In this document: positions 1 to 13,830 of the stretch, in pieces
Numbering within the stretch: the first letter of the stretch is position 1
Layout of the letters: each line of letters opens with the position of its first letter
DNA from: the human T2T-CHM13v2.0 reference genome, Homo sapiens
Direction: 5' to 3' (one strand)
Length of the DNA stretch: 64,000 nucleotides
Assembly (NCBI RefSeq): GCF_009914755.1
Contig: NC_060929.1
Notes under the pieces: model-generated
The model's database searches: none
Told to the model about the DNA's origin: nothing
Seen by the model: only the letters and a program-made list of their open reading frames with translations
Position numbers and translations under genes: made by a program

Positions 1-160
1 TTTTTTTTAACAGTAATTGAACTTTGCTTGAAAGCTTAAAACTTTAATTTTAAGCACAATAATCTACATCTCGATATACACCAAAATATGTCTATGGGAT
101 ATAACAATCATAATACAACATAGACTTCAACTTCTTTTTTTTTGAAATATATATTTTGGT

Positions 161-455
161 TGCTGGGCGCGGTGGCTCATGCCTGTAATCCTAGCACTTT
201 GGGAGGCCGAGGAGGGCAGATCCCCTGAGGTTGGGAGTTTGAGACCAGCCTGCCCAACATGGAGAAACCCCATCTCTACTAACAATACAAAATTAGCCGG
301 GCATGGTGACAGGTGCCGGTAAACCCAGCTACTCGAGAAGGCTGAGGCAGAAGAATCGCTTGAACTCAGGGGGCGGAGGTTGCAGTGAGCTGAGATCGTG
401 GCATTGCACTCCAGCCTGGGCAACAAGAGCGAAACTCCGTCTCAAAAAAAAAAAG
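161..455 (+). mobile_element. Alu (AluS, Sp/Sq-like)
   Basis: full dimer with poly(A); caacaagagcgaaactcc; imperfect gaaatat...tttgtt target-site duplication (TSD). Confidence 0.95.
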
Positions 456-2125
456 AAAGAAATATTTTTGTTTAGTGGACAACTTTAGCACATGTTTATT
501 TCTTTTATAGTTAAATATTTTTCTAAAACATCTTTCCATGCTGTCTAGGCCCCAGTCATATTGCCATGTATAGATGAAGGTCTTTTTTTGTTCCTTCACC
601 AAGCATTTGTTAAGTACCTATGATGGTCTGTATCAGTATTTTCTATTATTAATTAAGTTAGTGATAATTGTTAGCTGCTGAAATTAGATTAAAAAATGTT
701 TGGAAATTCAGTCAAATGAAGTATCTAAAGTCATATCAGTGTTTTGAATTTTTTCCCCTTAACCCTTTTCACTTGTAATAGTTTTGATCCAGTTTAAATC
801 TTAATGAATGTAAGCCATGTTCCTGCCTGCTCTAGATTTTCTCTAGCTGTAGAGGATATTTCCAAAATAAATATCTTCCTAGAGTCTTCATGGTACAAAG
901 GTGAATCACAGCAGGACTAGTTTGATTTACTTAAATGGGAATGAATTTACTGTCTAGTTTCAAATACTTAGGCTTGGATTCAAGGGAAAAGAGGTGGGTA
1001 GTTAGGCAGAAGGTCTTGAAATCATCTTCCTTGCAAAGTTCTAAGTCTGTTGAAAACAGACTGTTCTAATTAGCTGTTCTTTTACCTAATTGGGGCTTAC
1101 AAGAACTTAATGAAGTTTGAAGAGCAAAAGTAACTCAATATGCACAACAGGCTATTAGGAGTAATTTTTTTTTTTAAAGCAACGTCTAATGAGAAAGGCA
1201 GCTAACCACATCTAAGTTCTCTGTAAGAGATGGAAGTAACTGAGATTGCCTAGGCAAAATCCTGAGATTATTGAGGCAAAATCCTCTTAAAGAAGGCTGA
1301 AAGAAGGTGTAGAAAAAGTGAGTGATGATAGATATATTACTTAAGTAGGTAATGACAATTCTACCTCACCATTCTATCCAAAAGCCTACTACTGGCTGTT
1401 GAATCATACATGTAAACATTGATGATAATTCTGATTTATAGTCTTTTGTATAGGAAGTGAGTTAGGTCTTGGGGCAACATGAACTTTGCGATCAGTCTGA
1501 ATAAGTCTCATCTTGAATCATTCAACAAAACGCATTTTATGTTTTTCATTGTAAATGTACCTCCCTATATATTTATGAAAATAAAATTGATCAGTGTCAT
1601 TGGAAAATAAATTGAAATTAGTATTTTTAGAAAGGGAATTACAGATCAGAAAATTCATATTTGTTTAGGAAAGAAATGATTCTGATAGTTTCTTTGTGAA
1701 ATTTAAAACTTCCATTTAATATAAAATATTCTTTACCTTATTATCATGCCATCTTTCATTTAGAAAATTTAAGTCATATGAGTAATAGTCTAACCTTTTT
1801 ATTGTGACTAATGCTTAATGTAGGCTGGAAGCTTCTAAAATTGTGACTGTTCTATTGTGACTGTTCTATTGTGAATAGTCAACTGTTGTGACTATTTCGA
1901 TCACTTTTTGTGCACAGACAATTGTAATTGGGCCTTTTGAGGGTAACGTTTGGGAAATGAGCATTCTGAGAATTTGGGGTGGCTTAAGGAACGTATATCA
2001 CGTTACTCATACCCACCAAACATGTATCTCCTTTAAAAAACAAAAATGGTAAATGAAAGGAAAGAAAAAAAATGCATACCTCAGAATGCACTGCTTTACA
2101 TTCTCTGGATTTCTGAATTCTCATT

Positions 2126-2465
2126 TGTAGTGGCCAGTAGGACTGCTTACATATCTTCTGGTTCTCCTGTTCTGGTCTTATGGTAGGATTGTATTTCCTT
2201 TCACTCTTTAGTGTTAGGCATGGATATATCACTAATTTTGGCCAGTCATATGTGAGCTAAGTGCTAGTGTGTTAGTTCCCATGTCCCCTCAGCTCTGCTT
2301 CCTTGGGCCCCTTAGTGACGACAGTGAGCTGCCCCTCCCTAACCCCCAATTCTATATTAACAATAAGGTAGGAGTGAGATATAAATCTTTTTTCGTTTTG
2401 AGCCACTGAGATTTTAAGAATGCTTATTACCACAACATACCTCAGCCTACATAGATGTATATCAT
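2126..2465 (+). mobile_element. Old MaLR LTR (MLT1-like)
   Basis: gagccactgagatttt...ttattaccacaacata 3' motif typical of MLT1. Confidence 0.65.
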
Positions 2466-3171
2466 TCATCAAAAAAAGATCTTGGATTGAATATTTTGTA
2501 ATCTCCTTTCTAGCATATTGAGTCTTCATCCTCTGCCTCCAAGCCAAAGAATAAAAACAGTCTGACTCTGAAAATCAGGGAAGTGATGACAGGAGGCACA
2601 GAGGGGAAAGAAAGGAGAGAGCATTTTCCCAAACCACGGGGACATAATCTAGATGTAAGCTTCAGGTGCTCAGATCCTAGACACTAACCACTACTCCCAA
2701 CGCAAGGGCTTTCTCCTAGCAAAACTGAAGATTTTTAAGCTGACTGCAGAGTTGTAGCAGTTGTTTATACTGTACCTCTTATGCACAGTTTTACATGAGC
2801 TTCCTTTCTTATCTGGATCTAATTTTTAAATTTTTCTCAGCCCTGTTGTTCTTTAGAGAAATTTATAGCTACCTTGGATGCAGTCTTGCAAATGCTTTAA
2901 TCTGCCAGAATTTCTTCCTGACTACTGAGTTTGCATATTTCTTGGCCCATTCACAAACATCTCTCCCACGCTGGGCAAAAACCACACATTGAGTAGGCAT
3001 GCAGAGATAGACATGCAAGCTGTTGAGTTTCAGATGACATGGGAAGGTGTATGTATCTTCACAAAATATCTGTCTTCTCAAAATATAACCATCCAGTTGT
3101 TGAAAGAAGAAATAAACAAGTAGCAATAGAGGCTTACTTCCTAGGAACATGTGGTAGAGTTGCATGCATGC

Positions 3172-3214
3172 ACGTATGTGTATATACATATATGTGTGTG
3201 TGTGTGTGTGTGTG
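3172..3214. repeat. (TA)n/(TG)n microsatellite
   Basis: direct reading. Confidence 0.9.
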
Positions 3215-4544
3215 TTCCCTGACAGTTAATAAGACAAGGCTAGATATCTGAAATATATTTTCATAACCAACACAATGACTGCTGATTTTGATCAGGTTTC
3301 ATTATAAAACATCATAACAGTGTAATGAATAAGCTGAAGTTTTATAGACAAAGGAGGACCAACATAGATGCTCCAACATTTAATATATTGTAAGTGTGTA
3401 TGTGAGTGTCTCACGAGTGAGGATATTGTCTTGAGTAGTTCCATTAAAAATAGGAGAACAAATTGCTAAGAATTCTAACACAGTGGCTCAAAGTCCATAT
3501 TCATTGAAAAAAAAAACTTTATACATATATGCTTAAATGAACTAAGTCACATTTAAATATCCAAAATCAAATTACCAGATTTCAAGAAATGTAGATTAAA
3601 AGAGTAGCTCACCCTGAATTTAATATGTCACTACATGTTGGGAAAGAACATTTGTGGAGGCATTCTTTTCAGACCAGAATGAAGCAATTTCATTAGATCA
3701 TTTCTGTATTGTTTCCCTCATATTAAAAAAATTCGAATTCATCAATTTGATGTGATCTTTTCACAGTGAATAAATATAGGCAGCACATGAAATTATTTTG
3801 AGTTATTATATACCGAATACTGCATTCAGGACACAATCAGATGTCTAGCTTCACAATTCAAGTTGTAGTCATATTTCAAGCATTCAACTTGATTCTGCAT
3901 TTGCTATTCATGAGATCCTGGGCCACTGAAAGTTATTCAGATATAGAAGCAATCCTGATGACTGGGTCGCTGCATCTGGACAAACTGTAATCACGCTTTG
4001 TAATCTCTCAGTGGGAAATATGAAATTACTGGCATTATATAAAAAGGGCATCACAACGGAAATGGGTTTGCATATACACAGCGTCATTTGTGAATTCTTT
4101 GAAATCTGGCATACAAAGAAAAAAGTATAACTATTTATAGATCTACACCTGCAGAATCCAGTTAATTGCAAACCTTTAGGCCTCTGCCTCCTTAAAATTC
4201 TTTATTCATGTTCTGCTATGTTGAAGAAGAGGAACACTTGCAACCCTTCATTTCCTTTTTTTGGAGTGTTAGAAATTGGGAAGATACTTTTAACCAAAAG
4301 GTCATTTAAGACATCATATACAAAATACTTAGAAATTCACATGTAAGAGGTTTTAAAAGCATATATGCACGTTCTGATTATTCCTTTATGGTAAATTCTG
4401 TTGAAGTAATCTGAAAAACTATTTATGGGGAAAACAGTTGTAGATAAGGGTCGTACTGATTTTTTTTTTTAATCTTCCTGCCTGTAAACGTACCAGCGTT
4501 TTGCCAATGTAAATAAGTTCAAAAGAAAAAAAAAAGTTGTTTCC

Positions 4545-5090
4545 CTCCCATAAAATTGGCAAAGATGGGAGAAAAAAAATGTCTGATGATGATGAGAATG
4601 TAGGAAAAGGTCATTGTGATAACCTGGCTGGTGTAATTATAAGTTGTTGTAACCATTTAAAAAGTAACTAAACAACATATATCAAGAATCCCAAATATGG
4701 TTATAATGTTTATTTAACCCAGTAATTCAAGAAGTGATTCTATGAGAAGACAGATGCACATAGATTTTTTTTATCCAGTTGCTGTTTACCAATATTTATA
4801 GTGTAAACAAAAAAGGAATTGTGTTGTATTTATATATATTATAAAATTATGCATTATATTATATAAAATATAATGCAATATGGGAAAAACAGCTGATGAT
4901 AGAAGAAGTGAAAGAACAGAACCACAATCTTTATATATTACACTGTATAAATCTTGTATACATGGAAGAGACTGGAATGAGATAAGCAAAAAGAATCATC
5001 TCCATATTGTGATAAGACAGATTATTTTTGTGCATTTTAAAATTTCCCACATTTTATATAATGAGCCTGTATTACCTTTTTAATCAGAAA
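4545..5090 (+). mobile_element. Degenerate L1ME-like 3' fragment
   Basis: weak resemblance to old L1 3' sequence. Confidence 0.45.
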
Positions 5091-5612
5091 AAGTAGGCAT
5101 ATGTTTTTAGAAAATACATAACATTTTTCATAAAATAAGTTTTACACACAATTTAGAGTTGATATATAAGTACTGTTTTTACTCTTGATTTTCCTGTTTC
5201 TATTTTCTTAAAAATATCATTTTAGCTTCCGTGCTTTTTTGGTAATCTGCTTATCAGTATATTTGCAACATTTCCCCCAGGATATGAATATTTTTGTATC
5301 GACTCCTTCACTAATGGGTAATTTTTTCTCCTATCAACATGCTATAGTTTACTTAACTATTTCCTTATTATTCTATATCTATTTTCTCAATTTCTCTTCT
5401 TACCCACATGGCTGTAGATAAGACTTTGAATATATTTGTTATTATTTTCTTAGGATTAACTTCTGTGAGCAAAGTGTGGTTGTAGACAGGGCCCCTTCAC
5501 ACTCCTGAAACTTTACTTGAACATCATTCATCATCTTTCCTCATCATTCAGTTTAGTGGCTCTTTCTTTTTACATGCCTCACGATTTTATTTATTAAATA
5601 TTTGCCAGTGTT

Positions 5613-6020
5613 CAGGGTCATTCAAATTATGACCATTGGGCTGTGAGGTTTGTTTTGAACAGATCTGTGAACTACAAATGGTTTTGCTTTTTAAAAGGGT
5701 TGGAGAAAGAAAAGAGAGAAAGAGAGAGAGAGAGCAAGAGAGAAGAAAAGAAGGAAAGAAGGAAAAAAGAAAGAGAAAGAAAAAGAAAGGAAGGAAGGAA
5801 GAAAGGAGGGAGGGAGGGAGTAAGGAAGGGAGAAAGAGGAAAGAAAGAAAAGAAAGAAATAACGAAAGAAAGCAAGCAAAGAAAGAAAGGAGAGAGAAAG
5901 AAAACGAAGGAAAGAAAGAGAAAGAAAAGAAAAGATGGATGCGGCAGAGACTGTATGTAGCCTGAAAATCCTAAAATATTTACTCTCTTTACCTTCACAG
6001 AAAATGTTTGTGGTACCCTG
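5613..6020 (+). mobile_element. MER58C-like hAT-Charlie MITE with expanded internal purine tract
   Basis: caggg...ccctg termini; cctaaaatatttact...cacagaaaatgtttg 3' end. Confidence 0.75.
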
Positions 6021-6339
6021 AACTAGAGGCAGAGATGAAAGTGTTCATTTGCTTGGCCCTTATTCTTGTCATACTTTCTGTATACTTTCATACCGAAATT
6101 TGCACATAATCTTATCCTTTAAGATTAATGTTTATCATGTAGTACAGACATTATAGATGCTTTGATGGTTTTTAAAAATTAATTCCTATGTAAATATTTA
6201 TTCATTTATTTATGTAACCTATAAAAATATTACCATGAATAAAAAGTGCAATTTCCTTAAAAATGGAAATGTGCTCTCTCTCTCTCTATATATATATACA
6301 CACACACATATATATACACATATATATAATATATATATA

Positions 6340-6646
<307 letters not shown>

Positions 6647-7859
6647 TAATATATTTTTAAGGAGAGGACAGAGAAAGCACACAGGCTACCTTATATTTGG
6701 ATATGCTGACATTATTTTGGTCATAGATATCAAAAAGCAAACAAATCTCCCACATTCCTTTTCTTATTAAATTACATAAAACCATTTAATCAGTACAAAT
6801 TTCTTCTCTGAACCCTATAAAAGGGATTATATTCTATTACTTGAATAGTCGATAGAAATTTTTATTTAGTGCCAGATACTGTGCTTTACACAATTTTTAA
6901 AATTTTATTTTTAATTGACACATAATAATTGTGCAGATTTGTGGTTTACAGTGTGATGTTTCAATACATATATACATTGTGTACTGGTCAAATGATGGTG
7001 TTTAGCATATCCACCACCACAAACATTGATCTTTTTTGTGGTGAGAACATCAAGAATCCTTTCTTCTGGTTAATTTGAAATATATATCATACTAGTGTTT
7101 ACCATAGTCATTCTACTGTGCTATAACTTATTTCTCCTACTGAACTGTGATTTTGTACCCATTGACCAGTTTCTCCTCCTCATCATCTTTCCCTTTATGC
7201 TTCCCAACCTCTGGTAATCTACTCTGTACTACAATGAGATCAGCTTTTTTTAGATTCTGCAAATGACTTACATCACGCAGTGTTTGTCTTTCTTTTCCTG
7301 GCTTACTTTACTTAAGACTGTGTCCTCCAGGTTTATCCATGTTGCTGCAAATGACAGGATTTCCTTCATTTTTTTATGGCAGAGCAGTATTTTATTGTGT
7401 GTATGTACCACATTTCATTATCCATTCATCTGTTAATGGACACTTAGGTTAATTCTGCATCTTGGCTGTTGTGAATAGTGTTGCAATATACATGGGGGCA
7501 CAGATATCTCTTGGACAGACTGATTTCATTTCCTTTGGTTAAATGTCCAATCATGGAACTGCTGGGCCACATGGTGGTTCTATTTTTAATTATTTGAGGA
7601 ACCTTCATACATTTTCCATAATGGCTATACCAATTTACATTCCCACCAGCAGTGCAAAAGGATTCCCTTTTCTCCACATCCACATCAGCATTTGTTATTT
7701 TTTAATCTTTTTGCTAACAGCCATTCTAATTGGAGTGAAGTGATATCTCACTGTGGTTTTGATTTGCATTGCCCTGATGATTAGTGATGTTGAACATTTT
7801 TTCATGTACCTGTTGGCCATTTGTATGTCTTTTGAGAAATGCACATTCGGGTCTTTTGC

Positions 7860-8178
7860 CTTTTATTTTTATTTTTATTTTTATTTTTATTTTTGAGACA
7901 AGAGTCTTACTCTGTCACCCAGGCTGGAGTGCAGTAGTGCCATCTTGGCTCACTGCAACCTCTGCCGACTGGGTTCAAGCGATTATCATGCCTCAGCCTC
8001 CTGAGTAGCTGGGGCTACAGGCGTGTGCCACCACACCTGGCTAATTTTTTTGAATTTTTATTAGAGACAGGGTTTCGCCATGTTGGCTGGGCTGGTCTCG
8101 AACTCCTGACCCAGTAGATCTGCCCAGCTTGGCCTCCCAAAATGCTGGGATTACAGGCATGAGCCACCACACCTGGAC
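7860..8178 (-). mobile_element. Alu (AluS) with (TTTTTA)n tail
   Basis: consensus match; cttttgcc TSD. Confidence 0.95.
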
Positions 8179-9012
8179 TTTTGCCCCTTTTAAAGTCAGA
8201 TTATTTGTTTGTTTGTTTGTTTGTCTTTGTTCTTGAACTGTTTGAGTTCCTTATATATTCTTGATATAAACCCCTTGTGAGATGCATGGCTTGCAGTTAT
8301 ATTTTCACCCATTCTGTAGGTTGTCTCTTCACTATGTTGATTGTTTCCTTTTTAGTTTGATGTAATCCCATTTGTCCATTTTTGCTTTTGTTATTAGTGC
8401 TTTTGAATTCTTATTCAAGAAATCCATGGCCAGACAAATGCCATGAAGCATTTCCCCTATGTTTTCTTCCAGTAATTTTATATTTTTGGGTCTTACATTT
8501 AAATCTTTAATCCACTTTAAGTTGATTTTTGTATATGAAGATAGGGATCTAGTTTCATTTTTTTGCATGTGCATGGACAGTTTTCCCAGCACCATTTATT
8601 GAAGAGACTGCTCTTTCCTCAAGGTGTGTTCTTGGAGCCTTTGTTGAAAATCAGTTGGTTGTAAGTGTATGGATGTATTTCTGTGTTCTCTATTCTGTTT
8701 CGTTGGTCTACATGTCTATTTTTATGCTGGTCCCATGCTGTTTTGGTTACTATAGCTTTGTAAGGTAGTTTGATGTCTCCAGCTTTGTTCTTTTTGCTCA
8801 GTGCCTTGGCTATTTGGGGTCTTTTGTGCTTTCATGTGAATTTTAGAATTCTTTTTCTATTCCTGTAAAGGATGTCATTGATATTTTGACAGGGGTTGCA
8901 TTGAATCTGTAGGTTGCTTTGGCTGGAGTATGGATGTTTTAATAATATTCTTCCATCCATAAACAAGCAATTATCTTTTCATTTTTTGTGTCCTGATGAA
9001 CTTATTTCATTA

Positions 9013-10757
9013 ATTTTTTTTTTTTTTTTTAGTATTTATTGATCATTCTTGGGTGTTTCTTGGAGAGGGGGATGTGGCAGGGTCATAGGATAATAATGGA
9101 GAGAAGGTCAGCAGATAAACACGTGGACAAAGGTCTCTGGTTTTCCTAGGCAGAGGTCCCTGCGGCCTTCCACAGTGTTTGTGTCCCTGGGTACTTGAGA
9201 TTAGGGAGTGGTGATGACTCTTAATGAGCATGCTGCCTTCAAGCATCTGTTTAACAAAGCACATCTTGCACTGCCCTTAATGCATTTAACCCTGAGTTGA
9301 CACAGCACATGTTTCAGAGAGCAAGGGGTTGGGGGTAAGGTTATAGATTAACAGCATCCCAAGGCAGAAGAATTTTTCTTAGTACAGAACAAAATGGAGT
9401 CTCGTATGTCTACTTCTTTCTACACAGACACGGTAACAATCTGATCTCTCTTCCTTTTCCCCACATTTCCTCCTTTTCTTTTCGACAAAACCACCATCGT
9501 CATCATGGCCCGTTCTCGATGGTCACTGTCTCTTCGGAGCTGTTGGGTACACCTGCAGAAAGGCTGTCACTTCACACTTGGAAGATTGCACAGCGGCCAG
9601 GCAGAGGCGCTCCTCACTTCCCAGCCAAGGCGGCCGGGCAGAGGCGCTCCTCACTTCCCAGACGGGGCGGCCGGGCAGAGGCGCTCCTCACTTCCCAGAC
9701 GGGGTGGCCGGGCAGAGGCGCTCCTCATTTCCCAGATGATGGGCGGCCGGGCAGAGGCGCTCCTCACCTCCCAGACAGGGCGGCCGGGCAGAGGCGCTCC
9801 TCACTTCCCAGACGGGGCGGCTGGGCAGAGGCGCTCCTCACTTCCCAGACAGGGCGGCCGGGCAGAGGCGCTCCTTACTTCCCAGACGGGGCGGTGGGGC
9901 AGAGGCACTCCTCATTTCCGGGGCAGAGGCGCTCCTCACTTCCCAGACGGGGCGGCCGGGCAGAGGCGCTCCTCACTTCCCAGACGAGGCGGCCGGGCAG
10001 AGGCGCTCCTCACTTCCTAGATGGGGTGGTGGCCAGGCAGAGACGCTCCTCACATCCCAGACGATGGGCGGCCGGGCAGAGGTGCTCCCCACTTCCCAGA
10101 TGGGGCGGCTGGGCAGAGGCGCTCCCCACTTCCCAGACGGGGCGGCCGGCCAGAGGCGCTCTTCACATCCCAGATGATGGGCGGCCAGGCAGAGACGCTC
10201 CTCACTTCCTAGATGGGGTGGCAGCTGGGCAGAGGCGCTCCTCACTTCCCAGATGGGGCGGCCTGGCAGAGGGGCTCCTCACATCCCAGACGATGGGCGG
10301 CCAGGCAGAGACACTCCTCACTTCCTAGACAGGGTGGCAGCCGGGCAGAGGCTGTAATCTTAGCACTTTGGGAGGCCAAGCAGGTGGCTGGGAGGTGGAG
10401 GTTGTAGTGAGCCGAGATCACGCCACTGCACTCCAGCCTGGGCAACATTGAGCATTGAGTGAGTGAGACTCCATCTGCAATCCCAGCACTTCGGGAGGCC
10501 GAGGTGGGCAGATCACTCGAGGTCAGGAGCTGGAGACCAGCCCGGCCAACACGGTGAAACCCCGTCTCCACCAAAAATACAAAAACCAGTCAAGCGTGGT
10601 GGCGCGTGCCTGTGATCCCAGGCACTCGGCAGGCTGAGGCAGGAGAATCACGGGAGCCCGAGGCAGGGAGGTTGCGGCGAGCCGAGATCAAGGCAGTACG
10701 GTCCAACCTCGGCAACAGAGGGAAACCGTGGAAAGAGAGAGAAGAGAGAATAGAGGG
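9013..10757 (-). mobile_element. SVA retrotransposon (probably SVA_A), near full length
   Basis: poly(T), SINE-R ~9031-9590, VNTR ~9595-10345, Alu-like ~10345-10725, degenerate hexamer tract; aattttt at both junctions. Confidence 0.95.
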
Positions 10758-12074
10758 ACAATTTTTTATTTTTTATTGTAGAAATCTTTCACCTCCTTGG
10801 TTTAATTTATTCCTATGTATTTTATTTTTCATAGCTGTTGTAAATAGGATTTGTTTTTTCATTTATTTTTCAGATAGTTCATTATTGGTGTACAGAAACT
10901 ACTGATTTTTGTGTGTGTTGATTTTGTATCCTGCAATTTTACTAAATTTGTTTATTAGTTTTACAGTTTTTTTGGTGGAGCCTTTAGAGTTTTTTATATA
11001 TACGATCATGTCATCCACAAACAGGAACAATTTGACGTCCTCTTTTTTAATTGGATATCCTTTATTTCTTTCTCTTGCCTGATTGCTCTGGCTAGGACAT
11101 CCAGTACTGGGTTGAATAAGAGTGGTGAAGGTGGGCATCCTTGTCTTGTTCCCATATTTTAGAGGAAAAGCATTGAGTTTTTTCTTATTCAATGTGATGT
11201 CAGCTGTAGGTTTGTAAATTTGGCCTCTATTGTGTTATGTTCCTTCTATAGCTAATTTGTTGAGAGTTTTCATCATGAAGTGATGTTGAATTTTATCAAA
11301 TGCTTTTTGTCTGTTGAAAAGATCATAACATTTTCTTCATGATTCTGTTAATGTGATGTATCACGTTTATTGATTTGCATATGTTGAATCATCTTGCACT
11401 CTCTAGGATGAATCCTACTTGCTCATCATGGTGTATGATTTTTTTAACGTGCTATTGAATTCAGTTTGCTAGTATTTTGTTGAGGATATTTGCATCTGGT
11501 TCATCAGGAATATTGGCTTGTAGTTTTCTTTTTGTTGTTGTTTCCTTGTCTGGTTTTGGTATCAGGGTAGTGCTGGCCTCATAAAACAGGTTTGGAAGAA
11601 TTCCTTCCTCTTCAGATTTTTAGAATAGTTTGAAAATAGTTTGCAAAGCACAGATGTTATGATGCTTTGATGGTCTTTAAAAAGGAATACCTATGCAAAT
11701 CATTTTTATCCCTTTATGTAACATTTAAAGATATTACCATGAAAGAATAAGAGTGTAATTTCATAAAAGTTGAAAATGTGCTCAATGTTTTAATGTATTT
11801 TTAAAGGAGAGAATGGAGAAAGCACAGAGGCTACTTTATATTCTAATATGCTTTGGTTTTTGGTCATTTATATTAGAAAGAAAAAGATCCCCTAGATTCC
11901 TTTATTCATTAAATCACATAAAATTTTTCAATCATTAAAAGTTTCTTCTCTGAACTCTATAAAAGTGCCACAATTATGTATTATAATTCTATTACTTGAA
12001 TACATAATAGACATAAATTTTTAGTGAGTACTTAACTATATGCCAGATACCATACTTGACACAGTTTTAGAGTT

Positions 12075-12490
12075 GGACATATATTCAATTCCTGACTTCC
12101 CCACTAACTTATTTTTCATTTGGCAACTTTTTTCACATCTTTAAATCTTAGTTTTCTCATCTGCAAAATGAATGTCGTAATATTATCCACCTCACAAGGC
12201 TGTGACGAGGACCTAATGAGATCATCCATTAATGCTTGACCTGGTTTCCAACACAAAGTGCTAGTTTCTTGAATATTAACTAAAATACATGTATTCAAGT
12301 CTCAGCTCTGCTATAGAGTGATGATTGATAAGTTACTTTGTACTCTGGGCCTCAATTTATGCATCTGTAAAGCGGAGATGGCAGTAGTACCTTAGGTGTT
12401 TTGTGAGTACTGTATTAAATTATCACATGTATGTAAGATCTTTAGAACAATTTCTGGCACATCAGTGCTGAGTAAATATTGGTCATTAAC
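12075..12490 (+). mobile_element. Two adjacent MIR fragments
   Basis: ttttctcatctgcaaaatg and ctgggcctcaatttatgcatctgtaaa MIR cores. Confidence 0.75.
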
Positions 12491-13248
12491 TTTTATCATT
12501 TCAGTTATTTCTGTGGTTTTTATCTCTCACTATGCATAGCATTTGTAACTTCAGAATTTTATAAGAATATCAAAAATACAGATGTGTTATATATGGAGAA
12601 TATTCAAACTTGTTTTTATATTCTTTCATTCGCTTAAGAAGTATGTTGGTTCGTGGCAGTACCTGTGCTGTACAAAAGTTGGTCCTCATAATTCCTTCCT
12701 GTAGAATATACTACAGTTCCTTTTTTTTTTTAATATCAGACTTTTAGAGCTGCCCATCAAAACACTGACATTTAAGTGGCAGAACACTTGGATTGGTTTC
12801 TGAACCACTGATGCCTAACTAGAAGGAAAAATTATGGGTGCATTATTGTGTGTCTTCCCTATACTCCTTCCTCATGTCATCAACTCCTTTCTTGTCTTCA
12901 GAAGCAGCTCCTTATCCTCAGAGTGCTGTGAAAACAAAGCAGTCATATGGGAAGATTGACTAATTTGCCACAGAAAACGGAATATTTAAAACTATGAACC
13001 AAGCAACTCTTGATTTTATATATGCATGTGCGTGTACAAGACAATAGAAAGATATCAATGTGGTATAAACAGAAAAATGACAGTCCAACTAGATTATTAG
13101 TTATTTCATATCCACAGTTAGATGTGAGCTATTTGTCAAAATCAAGGATGAGAATTAGTGATTTAAAATTTTAAATAAAATAACCTAACACACACCATCT
13201 TTTAAGCATCATTAAAATGAAAAAAACAGTGTTAATTTTTGCTTTCAG

Positions 13249-13309
13249 GGAATATGGAGCCATTGATGATGTAGATATTGATCTGCATATCGATGTTAGC
13301 TTTCTTGAT
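13249..13309 (+). CDS. PARP8: PARP8 internal coding exon (EYGAIDDVDIDLHIDVSFLD)
   Basis: ttttgctttcag acceptor, gtaagt donor, 61 nt; peptide matches recalled PARP8 and joins the next exon in frame. Confidence 0.95.
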
Positions 13310-13739
13310 GTAAGTATCAATTTTATGTAATATGAATGGTGCATTTAAAATACATTTTATTTTATTTTTGGGGGAAATTTAATTTTCAGTTTTGTCTTAT
13401 AATACTATTAGTTACATATTGACTGTTAAGGTGCTTTGTGAAGAATTGCTGTGACTTGTCAAAGAAGCAGCGATTTTGTAAACATATATTTGCATTGGTT
13501 TTTCTAATGGTCTCTGAAATTTATGGGCTTTTACAATACTTCGTTATATTTTAAGTATTCATTTTTAGTTCTCATACATAGAAGGCCAATATTTTCACAA
13601 AACAGTGGGTTTTGAGATAACTTATAGGCCTTCATGTTATATGCATTTTGCGAACACAAGTTTTAAAAGTTTGTGTGTTTTTTTTTTCATTTTGAACTCT
13701 AAAAGATGATTAATTCATCTTTTAAATATATTTGTGCAG

Positions 13740-13830
13740 GAGGAGATTGCTGTGGCTTGGGAAGTAATTCGAACAGAACCTATAATTGTTCGACTACACT
13801 GTTCACTTACACAGTATTTAAATGGCCCAG
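13740..13830 (+). CDS. PARP8: PARP8 coding exon (EEIAVAWEVIRTEPIIVRLHCSLTQYLNGP)
   Basis: tttgtgcag acceptor, gttagt donor, 91 nt, phase 0-1. Confidence 0.95.

Larger units (their letters stand above)
6894..11640 (-). mobile_element. 5'-truncated L1MA-type LINE-1 interrupted by an Alu and an SVA
   Basis: ttttaattgacacataataattgt 3' end; ORF2-like peptides at 8332-8595 and 10899-11192. Confidence 0.9.

Noticed and set aside
3908-4171. 87-aa minus-strand ORF and acceptor-like site in unique sequence
   Set aside because: No recognisable homology or paired splice sites; conservation cannot be assessed here.
5636-5998. K/E/R-rich and F/L/S-rich ORFs
   Set aside because: Artefacts of the purine microsatellite.
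9595-10345. Regular repeat array superficially like a CRISPR array
   Set aside because: No unique spacers; it is an SVA VNTR in primate DNA.
9505-10574. Long repetitive ORFs (171 and 269 aa and others)
   Set aside because: They are translations of the SVA VNTR and Alu-like region, which are stop-poor because they are GC-rich repeats.
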